DNA of 64,000 nt from positions 89,778,001 through 89,842,000 of the forward strand of contig NC_058368.1 in assembly GCF_018350175.1 (NCBI RefSeq), in the 5' to 3' direction. The DNA is from Felis catus (lineage: Eukaryota). The notes under the pieces are model-generated. The model was given only the letters and a program-made list of their open reading frames with translations, searched no databases and was not told the DNA's origin. How positions within the stretch are numbered: position 1 is the first letter of the stretch; each line of letters starts with the position of its first letter. This document shows positions 52,430 through 64,000 of the stretch, piece after piece. The position numbers were made by a program, and so were the translations under genes.

Positions 52430-52800
52430 CTCTCGGGGTGCGCCGCCTTCCTCCGCCGCTGCCGCCGCCTCCTCCCTGTGAGTGCAGCGGGGTCTGACCT
52501 GTGGAACCACCATACCAGTCCCGCCCGCTGCTGCAGCGCCGCCGCCGCCGCCGCCGCTCCTCCGCCGCCTCAGCCGCCGCTCTTTGTTCCCCCTCCGAGC
52601 GCCACCGCGTCAGCCGCCCGCCTCAGGCGCCCCGACGGGCCGCCACTATGCCCTCCCGCCCTCTCGGCCCCCGGCCTCGCCCTCCTCGCTGCGCCCACTG
52701 CCGCCTTCGCCTCCGCGCCGCCGACGCCGCCGCCACCGACGCCGCCGCCTCCTCCTTCGCGCCCCCCTCGTTTTCATTGAAAGCAAACAAGCATCATGGC
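52430..52800 (-). other. CNOT6: CNOT6 exon 1 (GC-rich 5' leader); 5' end approximate
   Basis: Lies within the only CpG island upstream of exon 2. Donor GAG|GTGAGG at 52429, with a weaker candidate CAG|GTCAGA at 52498. TSS inferred from the position of the CCAAT/GC boxes, not observed. Confidence 0.75.
52538..52557 (-). repeat. Short (GGC)6 trinucleotide repeat in the CNOT6 5' leader
   Basis: gccgccgccgccgccgccgc on the plus strand, flanked by further interrupted GCC runs. Confidence 0.85.
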
Positions 52801-54249
52801 GGCGGCCGCCGTCCCCCAGCCAGCGCGCACCCCGACCGCCGCCGCCGCTCCAACATCCCGGCCGCCCATTGGCCGCCGCCGCCGGGCGCGACCATTCGGT
52901 GTCCGACGGGGTGGGTCGCTCCCCTCTCGCAGCTTCCCAAGCCCCGCCTTCTCACCCCCCGCGCTGGGCAGCGGTGCGCCTGTCCGGCGCGCTCCTAGGC
53001 CAGCCCTCCCGCTCCTCTTCCCGCTCTGTTCCGCTCCTTTCCTGCTCGGTCCCTACTCTCTCCTCTCCTTAACGGTCCTCCGTTTTTCCATCTCCCCTCC
53101 CCACGCCCCCTTTGTGTGTGTGTGTCTCAGGCTGTTCACTTTTGTCTCCTCTCTTCCCTCGTTTTCCTCGGTCTCTTTCCCCTTCGTTCTCCTGTCAATC
53201 ACGTGAAGACGTGGACCAGCTCTCAGACTTTTGACTTTAGCCAGTGCCTTGATCTGATTAAAGACGAGACATTAAATCGTGAACAGGCTCACGATTCCTC
53301 TTGCCTCACATATGCAGAAAAAAAATTAAAGGCCCGTTTCGGCCCATTAATGGTCGTTCAGTCCAGCAAGTTAAGGGACAGTTCTGGTGGTGGGATCCCA
53401 GCCGGAGTAACTGTCCGAGGCTGCCTTCAAAAATCAAGATATTCTGTTCAGGTGATGATTGAAGATGAGCAGGAAAAGGACTGGGCTAATTGATGATGCT
53501 TGCATCAGTGCACGTCGGTTAACTGGCGGTTGGAGCCCCTGTGTTGGAGCCAGGATGTAGAGATGAAACACCCCACCCCGCCCTGAGTAAGCTCAAAGTC
53601 TAGGGAAAAGAGAGACACCCAACAAACAAATCCATTAGAGAGGCATGCTCAGGGGCGTGATGTGAGAGACCTACATGGCAAACTAAGACGGGCCACTGGC
53701 TCCTTCTTGAAAAATCAACCCCCAAGAGATGTGTGAAATTGATTCCAGGAATTAACAATAGCAACAAAGTGAGACATCCCCACACTGAAGGCTGTCTTGG
53801 GCTACAGGACATGGGAAATGGGTGGCAGCTTGCTGCTGGGGCAGAGGAGAACTGGAAGAGCCAGGAAACGATGGAAGGGCAAAAGCTGTTTGAGTTCCAT
53901 ACTTGCCTCTCCAGCACCGCCGTGGGATTGTCCTTACCTGTCTTCTTCCAAGAATTCAAGTGGCAGCCCCATCTTCAAGTGCCAGAGGACACTGGACAGG
54001 CAAGGCAGGGCAACAGCAAAGCCCAGCAGGGGTAAGGGATTGATAAAACAAGTGCAGACCTACACTTGCCCATCCCTCCACGTCTCCCAGCCCCAGACCA
54101 CAGAGTACTGGAATTGTGCAGCCTGGCTGAGGAGCTGACATCTATCTGGGTCTCTGCCCCCGCCTTGAGTGCTGTGCCCTGGAAACCTGTGCTCTAGCCT
54201 GGACAGTGAGGTGCCATTTTTGTAATTGATCTTTCCAGAGGGAGCTACT

Positions 54250-57200
54250 TTTTACAATTGGCACAGTGGGGATGGAGGAGGGGAGTTCATAACAAAAACC
54301 TTAGTGCATGAAACAACTAATTTATGAAATCTCATGATTCCAGTGCCTGGCTAGACAGCTCTACTGGTCTCACTGGGGGTCTCTCATGCCTGCACTTGGG
54401 ATGTTGGCTAGGGATTGGCTGTCTGCCCCCTTAGAGCACTCCCCCCCCCCACCCCCAGTGAGACCTCTTATCTCTGTGTAATGTCTCATCCTCCTGCTTT
54501 TCTGTGGCCTCTCCCTCTAGCAGGTTATCCTGGATGTCCTACTTGGCAACCCAGGGCTCCACGAGGGAGGAAGGGGAAGCTGGCAGGCCTTCTAAGGAAT
54601 ATCACTGTCTCTATTCTATTGGTTAAAGCAGTCACATGCCCAGTCCAGATTCAAGAAGGGAAGACATAAGCAAGGCAGGAGCTGCATGTACATACAGGGA
54701 AGATGGGCTTATTTGATGCCATCTCGGGAGACTACCACAGAGAGAATACCAATGGTGGTCCCCTGCCTGAGAACCTCCTGGGTTTTTTTTTTTAAGTTTA
54801 TTTATTTATTTTGAGAGGGGAGGGGCAGAGAGAGGGAGAGAAAGAATCCCAAGCAGGCACCACACTGTCAGAGCAGAGCCCGATGTGGGGCTTGAACCCA
54901 CCAACCTTGAGATCATGACCTGAGCCAAAACAAAGAGTTGGATGCTTAACCCACTGAGCCACCTAGGTGCCCACGTCCTATTCTTTCTGAAGAGAAACCC
55001 ACCAAATGCCTCACCTTTCCAGTTCCAGATCAAAGAGACCCATGTATTAGGCAGGACCTCCTGCTGCAAGTTGTAAAACCCCAACCCAAGTAGAAAGACT
55101 TCTGCATAAAGACTTCCTTTATGCAGAAAGAGGTCATTTATGGATTCAGGTGTCATGTAACTGAAAAGTTTGGGCATCATAAGATGTCACCAAGAATTGA
55201 TCTCACTCCCCCACCCTCCACTCTGCACCTCCACACCAGGGTCCTCACACAGGCTTTGTGACCAGGTAGGGAAGATGGCCACTAGCATCTGCTTCTACCA
55301 GATTCTACCAGTTTCTCCACTTGGATAGAGTACCTCTTTCCTAATCATTCCAGCAAAAAGCCCAGGACAGGCTCTCACTGACCTAGCCTAAGCCCCATCT
55401 CTAACCCTGGTCAGCCCCATGTGAACTAGATGTATTGAGAGTGAGGAAGGGATTCCTCAGGGAGAGTTGGGGACAGCCAGAGAATGGGAGCAGATTCTAT
55501 CTCATCCCTCTGGGAAGGCCTTCTTGGTAGAGCTAGTCATTCTCCTCAGACCCCCCTCCATCTTTGCCTCTATAAGGGCACTTAACAGATGATGCTGTTA
55601 TCTCCCCTGCCAGGCTCTGAGCTGCTCATGTGAGTCTAACTCATGTTGCCTCCATGCCACCAACTGGGGTTGCTTTTGAGTCTTTCCAACCTGCAGGCTT
55701 TCCCACTTTCTTCCTCTATTAGGAGAACCTTGCCCCTCAGGTCCAGGCATGTGACCTACGCAAGACCAATCTGGGATTGATTTGTGGACACAGGAACAGA
55801 ATTCTGGCTCCATTGGGATGCTAAGCTAGGACAGTATGAATTGGTGTCAGTCAGTGCATCTTCCCCACCACATGGAAAGATGACACAGTGATGAACAGAG
55901 ATTGTCTTGGTGACATAGAATCTTGGTGCTGGGCACCAAGGTCCCAGTTTCAGTAGTTTCTCCTTTTAGCCTGTGACCTATCTCAGGTACATGTCCAATC
56001 AATGCATTTTCTGCTCAAAGAGTTGGGCTTCTGTCACTTGCAAACAAAATACTTATAATGTGATGCTCACTAAATGTATTGGATAATGGGTGGGTGGATG
56101 AATAAGGAAGACGAACAACTGAGTGCTGGCCATGATCACCAATGTTGGTGTGGTGTCTATTTCTCACACATGCCTGGAGCATTGGAATTCAAACTCAGGG
56201 TCAATTTTGGATGTGGACCATAACTTGATGGGTCCAGCAGCTGGAGTTGTCAGGGTCCCCAGAAATGAGCAGTGTTGATCAGACTGACTCCAATAACTAA
56301 AATCCACAGGAGACTTCCAAATGAAGCAGGTTCCCAGGTTTATTTTCAAGATAAGCCCCAACCACTATGTGACCAGAGTGCTTGCAGTGGAAAATCCATG
56401 CACCTTCAGCCTGTAAACACAAAGTCATACGAGAGGTTGCTGCATGAGCCTGAAATATGGACCCTGGCCACTCAGCTTCGATAGTCTGATCCCTTCTCTC
56501 AGGGTGGAGACTTGCTAGCTAGGGACCAGAACTGATGACCAAGATCCCTCATCCCCACTCAGTGCCAAAAACATGGATACACCCTGCTCATCTTCTCTGG
56601 GCTCGAAGCCTCCAGACCACAGTTTTCTTCACATAGGACATAATACAATAGATGAAGTTTCAGGTCCCAGTCATATCTCCCTATAGTGTCCTTTGTCCAT
56701 TGTTTTAGCCTGAGATTGATTGAAAAATCTAACTTAAACAGCTTTAAGATAAGAAAGGAATTAGCTGGCCCAAATAGCTTTAAAGGGTGAGGAAATAATA
56801 CACCAGCTTCAGGTGTGGCTTGATCTGAGGGCTAATTCCATTCTCAGCTCTGTTCACCTCCATGTTGATTTCATCATGGGAGGCCATGGGTGCCAGCTCC
56901 TACCAAGTTCAAAGCCAGTGGGGAGAGCTTTCCTCAACAGATGAACAGACATCCTGGGCCTGACTCTCATTTCCATCCCTGAACCAAATGCCACATTCAG
57001 GGCAATGTCCTACCCTGGTCAAGAAGAAGCCACACACCCACTCTTGGACCTGGATTGTCTTCAACCTCACTCAAAACTGAGGATTTTTTTGCTGGAGGAA
57101 AGAGAACTAGATGTAGAAAGGCAGAAAGAAGCAGAGGTCCAAGGCCTCTCTATCAAGCCTTGAGCTGCGCACACTCATACACCCTGTCAGCTACTTCTCC

Positions 57201-58120
57201 AGGAATCCATCTAGTCCTGATTTCACTCCCAGTGCACAGAGTTAGAAGGTTCCTTGATGCCTCAGAACATGGGAGGCAGAGGGGGTTCTCCCATTTCAGA
57301 ACTCAGATGCTCTCCCTGAATGCTCACCTTAGAGATATAATGGGAACAGGGAAAAGCTGCAAATCCATTTCTGGTTTTAAGTGCATGTGATTTTTTTTTT
57401 TTCTCTAAGATCAACCCACCCTTTTCCTTGTAAAAGTAATTTGTGGTCATCGTTTAAAAAATGGTTGAAATCAAACAGCAGAAAGGCATGAAGAAGAAAG
57501 TGGATATCTCCTTTCTGTCTAATCCCAGCCACACTCCCTAAAAATTTGAATTGATTATGATGCTTTGGCCTTAAATAACAAAGTAAACAAACAAGCATAC
57601 ACAAACACCTTCAAATACGCTTACTGGATGAAGTACTTACTCCCAAGACTGAAAATCCAAATGTAGGGCAGCCATTAGGGGCGTTTGATTTAAAGCCTAA
57701 GGGGAGATTAATCACCGATACTACCTCCGCTGAAAAATATTTTGTTACTTTGCTACTTATTATGGGATACATGGGGTGATTAGCAGGAGTCTGAATGCAG
57801 GTCCCTCCAGAGATAGTTGGGGCCATGGGGATTCATTCAGAGGGGCTGCGGTGACAGAGTCTCAAGGGTCTTTATGTATAATTTGATCTGTGGGTCACTT
57901 TCTGAATTTATTAGGATTTATTCAGTTTCTAGGATAGAGACCTGACTCATAATTTAGGCAGAAATAGTAACTTACTGCCTCCGGGTAATGCTGGCTGCTT
58001 TAACAAACAGATACAAAATATCTTGCTCATGTAACAACCCTTAGGGCAGATGACTTTCTTCCATGCAGTGATTCAGGGACGTGGGCCCCTTCCTCTTATG
58101 GCTCTGTCATCCCCTAGGAC
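54250..58120. mobile_element. Cluster of degenerate MaLR (MLT1-type) LTR fragments
   Basis: Recurring MLT-like motifs (ctattggttaaagcagtcacatgcccagtccagattcaag; ttccatgcagtgattcaggga). Individual boundaries not resolved. Confidence 0.5.
54784..54972 (-). mobile_element. CanSINE
   Basis: Reverse-complement element. Confidence 0.88.
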
Positions 58121-58454
58121 AAGAGTTCTTATGGGGGAGGGGGGTGTAGGGAGGGGAGGTAAAGATGTGGGGCAAGTACTCCCAAGGGATCTGTGCATAG
58201 AACTCAAGGTGGGATGCTATGAACCCAGATGGGAAGATTTTCACATTTGCTGCCATTTTGAATCTAGGTAACAATCCCAGTATTATGAGTAGAACCTGTG
58301 ACTATCCCCAGTGGAAACCCCAGCCTGACAGTTCATTATTCTGTCATAGTCATTGGGGAGATCTCCCCCACTCCCAATTAATCTTTTTTTCCTTTTTTAT
58401 TAGGGTGAAATTCACATAACTTAAAATTAACCATTTTAAAGTGTACAATTCAAA

Positions 58455-58670
58455 GGGTGCCTGGTTGGCTCAGTCGGTTAAGTGTCCGACTTCGGCTCAG
58501 GTCATGATCTCATGGTTCATGAGTTCGGGCCCCTCATTGGGCTCTGTGCTGACAGCTCAGAGCCTGGAGCCTGCTTTGGATTCTGTGTCTCCCTCTCTAT
58601 GCCCCTCCTCTGCTCATGCTCTGTCTCTCATAAGTAAATAAATGTTAAAAAAAAATTTTAAATAAATAAA
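58455..58670 (+). mobile_element. CanSINE
   Basis: TSD aaagtgtacaattcaa / aaagtgtataattcaa. Confidence 0.9.
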
Positions 58671-58954
58671 GTGTATAATTCAATGGTATTTAGTATATTC
58701 ACAATGTTGAGCAATCCCCTCTCCCTCAATCGAAAACATTTTCATCATCCTAACAGAAAATGTTGGGGATATCTTGAAATATCATTTTCACTCATTCATA
58801 CTTTGAGAATGTGGTAGCTATGAGACCCACAAGTAGATCTTGTTATTTGATACTCTATTTAAATGCATAAATATGTCATAACACTTAGAATATTTTGATA
58901 ACTGTATTTCAATATAACTGATTTCCTTTGTAATGTTATGTATTGTATTTTATG

Positions 58955-59383
58955 CTTTTTATTTATTTGGGGGGTGGGCAGAGGGAAAGGGAGAGAGAGA
59001 ATCTTAAGCAGGCTTCACACCCAGCATGGGATGGGGTCTGACGTGGGGCTCCATCTGACAACCATGAGATCATGACCTGAGCTGAAATCAAGAGTCAGAT
59101 GCTTAACTGACTAAGCCACCCAGGCACCTCTATTTTATGCTTTTTAAAAAACATTATTCTGCACAGGGGTCTATAGACTTTTTTTTTTTAATGTTTATTT
59201 ACTTTTTGGGTGGGGGAGGGGCAGAGAGAGAGGAAAACACAGAATCTGAAGCAGGTTCCAGGCTCCAAGCTGTCAGCACAGAGCCTGATGCAGACCTTGA
59301 GCTCATAGACTGAACCCATGAACCATGAGGTCATGGCCTGAACCAAAGTTGGACACTTAACCAATTGAGCCACCCAGGTGCAC
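58955..59383 (-). mobile_element. Two CanSINEs (58955-59128 and 59179-59383)
   Basis: Reverse-complement elements with flanking repeats tattttatgcttttta and caggggtctataga. Confidence 0.88.
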
Positions 59384-59444
59384 CAGGGGTCTATAGAGTT
59401 TATCAGATTACCAAGAAGGTTCGTGATGTAAAAAATGCCAAGAA

Positions 59445-59768
59445 ATGAAATAAGTCAGAGAAAGACAAATAACATATGATTTCACTCATATGTGGAATTT
59501 AGGAAACAAAACAGATGAACATATGACGGCGGGGGGAGGGGGGAGAGGAAAGCAGGAAACAAACCACAAGAGACTCTTAACGATAGAGAACAAACTGAGG
59601 GTTGAGTGAAGGATGTGGGTGGGCGATGGGCTACATGGGTGATGGGTACTAAGATGGCACTTGTGATGAGCACTGGGTGTTGTATGTAAGTGATGAATCA
59701 CTGAATTCTATTCCTGAAACCAATATTGCACTGTATGTTTACTAACTAAAATTTAAATTAAAAAAGAA
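59445..59768 (+). mobile_element. Carnivore L1 3' end with TSD
   Basis: gaaataagtcagagaaagacaaat...aaccaatattgcactgtatg, A tail; aaaaaatgccaagaa on both flanks. Confidence 0.9.
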
Positions 59769-62104
59769 AAAAAATGCCAAGAACCCCAGCCCTAGGCTTT
59801 GGTCCACCTGGTCAACAGGGAAGAGGTGGAGAGAAAGCTTGTGCTTGTGTGTTTCTTCACTAGCTCAGCTTGAAATCACCCACAGAACTTCCCACACTCC
59901 ACTGCTGAGAGCTAGTTTCATATCACCACCAAGTGCAAAAAAGACGGGAAAGATTTCACAAGCTTAGAAAGAACTTACTTCATTCTTGTTGTGCTTCACA
60001 GCTACCAGTCTATACAGTGAAAGGAACAACATGAATTTGGTTAAGCAGACGACCATCTCAGGCACGGTCACCCCTCTGTATATGAGATATCCACATGCAC
60101 ACTTCTTCCAACAAAGGGTACCTCCTCTTCCTGTCCCCAAGGAAGGCCCCATCTATCACTGCCTCCTTCCCTTAGCCCTTCTTCTGTCCTGCTTCCTGGA
60201 ACTTGGAAGCTGCTGTCTTTGACCATGAGAAAGAGGCCCACAGTGTCAGAGTAAGAATAGAAGCTGGAAGAAGCCTAGTTTCTGAGCATTTTGTGGAGGA
60301 GCGACACCATCCCAGCTCTAGGCTGAATTCTTCCAGAATCAAGGTATGTATTTGGCAGGAGATAAGATTGATGCACTGTCATGCAGAAACCAACAGCTTG
60401 CTGGCAGAGTGTTGCCCTTCCAAACTAAGTTGATTATTTAAAAAATGGCCTCAATTTCATTAGGTTGTGGAATTTGGTAATGAGCAGACCACAGAAGCAA
60501 ATAAGGAAATGACTCAAGTCTCAAGATATTAAAACCGTGTCCAGGCAAGATCTTTGGTTATGAGTACTTTTATATGGAATGAATAAAATGAGAAGAGACT
60601 GGAAACCTAGTAGGTTTTAGAGGGAAATGTATTGCCAAAGGAACCACCAATATGGCCCATAACTCCATAATTATTTAACCCTGAAAGCAGCACCCAATTT
60701 CTCAAGCCTGCACCAGCTGGGAGTAGGTGCTCTACTTTCCAAATCTAATGTGATCACAAAAGAAAATATACCTTCCAGTAGGTGGGGACAAAGCTGTAGA
60801 GGGCAGCAGACAAAGGACTACCAGTTGGGCTGGCCAATAACTTACTCTACTCTGGAGAAGGGAGAAGGCAGTGTTCCTAGAAAACCAGATGGACAAGAAC
60901 CAGTGACTGCTGTGTATCCACCATCATCTCGCTTTCCTTTTTTTAAAGCTTTTTAAAGAGGCCTAAGAGGTATGTTGTACTGGGACCATAGGGTAACTCT
61001 TCTTCCGGAATAAAGATTAAATTTTCCAACCTCCTTTCACTTGCCAGCATCCTTACAGCTGAGTAATATGAATAAATATAGAGAAACCCTCTGCTTTACT
61101 CTCTTGAGAGAACAAAAACCAAAAAACAAAAAAACAGGGTGGGGGAGGGGCAGACATCTGGCTGAGCAGAGTAGGGGAGGGGACCTGGGTCTAATTTCTT
61201 CTGAGTGCTTTCTCCTGTTCTTGGTTTTAGCCTCCTTTACAATTAAAAAACAAAAACAAAGCAAAACCAAAAAACCATGATTTTTCAGTTGAAGTATAGC
61301 TGATGCCAATTTCTGAGACTTGAGGATTTTTGAAGTTTTTCATTGTTTATTTTCCTTCATAGGAGTTCCTTTCCTCCTTAAAAATTTTTTTTCATTTTGA
61401 GATAATTATAGATGTACATGAAATTGCAAGGGTATGCACAGAGAGGTCCATGCAACTTTCACCCAACCTCCCCTGATATTAACAGTGCAATATCAAACCC
61501 AGAAGGTTGACATCAGGCACAAACCATTGAGTTTATTCAGATTTCATCAGTTTACATGCACCTACATGTGCATGCATGTGTGTGTAGCTGTGCAATTTTG
61601 TCACACGTGTAGCTTCATGGAACCACCACAATCAAGATGCTTAACTGTACCATCACCTCAAGACTCTCTTGTGCTGCCCTTTTTCAGCCACATCCTCCCC
61701 TCCCCAACCCATCCCTAGCCCGAGTCACCCACTAACCTCATCTCTCTAATTATGTTTTTTCACAAATGTTGTATAGATGGAATTATGCAGTTTGTATCCC
61801 TTTGAGATGGCTTAGCATAGCTTCCTTGCCATTCATTTGAGTTGTTGCATGTGTCAATAGTTCCGTCATTTTTATCACTGAGTAGTATTCCATGGTATGG
61901 ACATACCACTCTTTAACCATTCATCAGTTGAAAGACATTAAGATCATATCTAGTTTGGGGCTATTATGCATATGGTTACTAGAACATTCACATACAAGTT
62001 TCTGTGTGAAAATTAGTTTTCACTATTCTGTGATAAAGGCTCAAGAGTGTAATTGCTGGTTCATATGATAACTACATTTTTTGTTTTAAAAGGAACTGGT
62101 GGGG

Positions 62105-62316
62105 GGGGGCACCTGGGTGGCTCAGTCAGGTAAACGAATGACTCTTGATTTTGGCTCAGGTCATAATCTCATGATTTGTGAGATGGAACCCTAAGCTCCG
62201 AAACTGGAGTCCAACTCAGGGTCCTACTCGGGGCCCGATCTCACCAACCTTGAAATCATGACCCAAGCCAAAATTAAGAGCCAGACACTTAACCAACTGA
62301 GCTACCCAGGTGCCCC
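62105..62316. mobile_element. Two tail-less CanSINE heads in inverted orientation
   Basis: ggggcacctgggtggctcag... (+) and ...ctgagctacccaggtgcccc (-), with no CT tract or poly(A) between them. Confidence 0.85.
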
Positions 62317-62716
62317 AAGATAGAATTTTTAAAAATTATATTATACTGTATTATTTTACATTCTCACCAGTAACATATGAGTGATCCAGTTTCTCCCCAT
62401 CTTCACTAGCATTTGTGTTATCACTATTTTTTATTTTGATCATTCTGATAGGTATGTGTCATTGTGATTTTGTTTGGCCTTTTACTAATAGTTAATGATG
62501 TTGAACATCTTTCCATTTGCTGTCTGCTTATTTGCCATCTACATGTCTTCTTTGATAAAACGCCTCTGTGTGTCTTTTGCCCACTTTCTAATTGGACTGT
62601 TTGTCTTTTTAATCTCAGGTTTTGAGAGTTCATTATATATTCTAAGTACAAGTACCTTGTCAGATATGTGATTTGCAAATATTTTCTTCTAGTCTGTAAT
62701 TTGTGTTTTCATACTC

Positions 62717-62915
62717 TTTTTTTAAAAATGTTCTATTTATTTTTGAGAGAAAGAGCATGAACGTGAGAGGAGCAGAGAGAGAGGGAGACAGAGGATCCAA
62801 AGCGGGCTCTGCACTGACAGCAGCAAGCCTGACGTAGGTCTCAGACTCAGGAACCGTGAGATCATGACCTGACCCGAAGTCAGACACTCAAACTACTGAG
62901 CCACCCGGGTGCCCC
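62717..62915 (-). mobile_element. CanSINE
   Basis: Reverse-complement element; ttttcatactct on both flanks. Confidence 0.88.
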
Positions 62916-63440
62916 AGTGTATTTTCATACTCTCAACAGGGTCTACTGCTGAGCAAAAGCTTTAATATTTGATGAGGTCCAATTAATCAATTATTCCTTT
63001 TACGGATCACACTCTTGGTGTCAAATTTAAGAACTCTTTGCCACTATATTTTGCCAAAATACAGAATCCAAAGTATCTTCTCTAATTTTTTTTTTCTGGA
63101 AGATTTATAGCTTTACATCTTACATTTAAGTCCATGATCCATTTTGAGTTAAAATTTGTATAAAACAGATGGCTTCGTTCAAGGGTTTTATTTGTTTGTT
63201 TTAGTTATGGATGCCCAACTGCTCCACCACTATTTACTGAAGAGGCTGCCCTCTCTTGTTGAATTGCTTTTGTTCCTTTGTCAAAAATTAATTCAGACCA
63301 TTTGTGTGGGTCTACTTTTTTTTTAATTCTCTATCTGTTGCATACAGTGCTTTGATTACTGTAGCTGATAGGAAAGCCTTAACATCTGGAAGAATGATTA
63401 CTCTCACTTTATTTTTCTTTTTAAAAATTGTTTTGGCTAT

Positions 63441-63670
63441 GGGGCACCTCGGTGGCTCAGTTGGTTAAGCCTCTTACTTTGGCTCAGGTCATGGTCTTGT
63501 GGTTCATGAGTTCGAGCCCCTGCATCAGGCTCTGTGCTGACAGCTCAGAGCCTGGGGCCTGCTTCAGATTCTGTGTCTCCCTCTCTCTCTGCCCCTCTCC
63601 TGCTCATACTCTGTCTCTCTCTCTCAAAAATAAATAAACCTTAAAAAAAGTTTTAAATAAAAAAATAAAA
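63441..63670 (+). mobile_element. CanSINE
   Basis: TSD aaaaattgttttggctat / aaaaattgttttggccat. Confidence 0.9.
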
Positions 63671-63727
63671 ATAAAAATTGTTTTGGCCATTGTAGACCCC
63701 TTTTCATATAAATTGTAAGTATTTGTT

Positions 63728-63958
63728 TTTTTGTTTTTTTTTTTTAATTTTTTTTCAACATTTATTTATTTTGGGGACAGAGAGAGACAGAGCATGAACG
63801 GGGGAGGGGCAGAGAGAGAGGGAGACACAGAATCAGAAACAGGCTCCAGGCTCTGAGCCATCAGCCCAGAGCCTGACGTGGGGCTCGAACTCACGGATCA
63901 CGAGATCATGACCTGGCTGAAGTCGGACGCTCAACCGACTGCGCCACCCAGGCGCCCC
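63728..63958 (-). mobile_element. Young SINEC_Fc-type element
   Basis: CpG-rich; TSD tgtaagtatttgtttt. Confidence 0.9.
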
Positions 63959-64000
63959 TGTAAGTATTTGTTTTAATGTTTATTTGTTATGAGAGAGAGA

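Larger units (their letters stand above)
52050..53050. promoter_or_regulatory. CpG island / TATA-less CNOT6 promoter
   Basis: Very high GC and CpG density against an AT-rich background. CCAAT on the minus strand at 52868-52872, GC-box-like CCCCGCC at ~52942-52948, YY1-like ATGGCGGC at 52796-52803. A TCACGTGA E-box lies nearby at 53199-53206. Confidence 0.9.
61380..63715 (-). mobile_element. Old L1M 3' region/ORF2 fragment with nested SINEs
   Basis: T-rich L1 antisense motifs; ORF 62424-62678 is L1-like. Confidence 0.8.

Noticed and set aside
52325..52513. 62-aa unspliced ORF in the track
   Set aside because: Reads through the exon-1 donor; the spliced form is reported as a finding instead.
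52316..53206. Several 136-196 aa plus-strand ORFs, including MAAAAVPQP..., suggesting a head-to-head gene
   Set aside because: Expected from stop-poor CpG-island sequence; low complexity, no recognisable homology, no downstream exons found.
2475..63958. tRNA-like A/B boxes and recurring MAQ...VMISR...SSP ORFs
   Set aside because: CanSINE heads and bodies, not tRNA genes or a protein family.
1..64000. CRISPR arrays, operons or other prokaryotic systems
   Set aside because: The sequence is mammalian; no repeat-spacer array or gene-dense segment was seen.

Overview
Mammalian genomic DNA, almost certainly felid (dense tRNA-derived CanSINEs of the SINEC_Fc type, carnivore-type L1 3' ends). The window holds the 5' part of CNOT6 (CCR4-NOT deadenylase, CCR4a) on the minus strand: CpG-island promoter and leader exon 1 (~52.4-52.8 kb), coding exon 2 (30583-30470, ATG at 30581) and LRR-encoding exon 3 (1139-953). 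The gene continues off the left edge. The introns and the 11 kb upstream are mostly SINE, L1, LTR and DNA-transposon remnants. Most notable: (1) the CNOT6 leader carries a stack of upstream ORFs, namely a 7-aa uORF in GCCGCCGCCATG context whose stop overlaps the start of a 43-aa poly-Arg uORF, and a spliced 64-aa ORF in strong Kozak context that overlaps the CNOT6 start out of frame; (2) intron 2 holds a decayed processed pseudogene of the oocyte bHLH factor FIGLA with poly(A) and target-site duplication; (3) a ~720-bp nearly pure purine minisatellite; (4) an internally deleted pogo/Tigger-type transposon with a related short MITE nearby. Repeat family names and protein identities come from recall, not database searches, and boundaries of old repeats are approximate.
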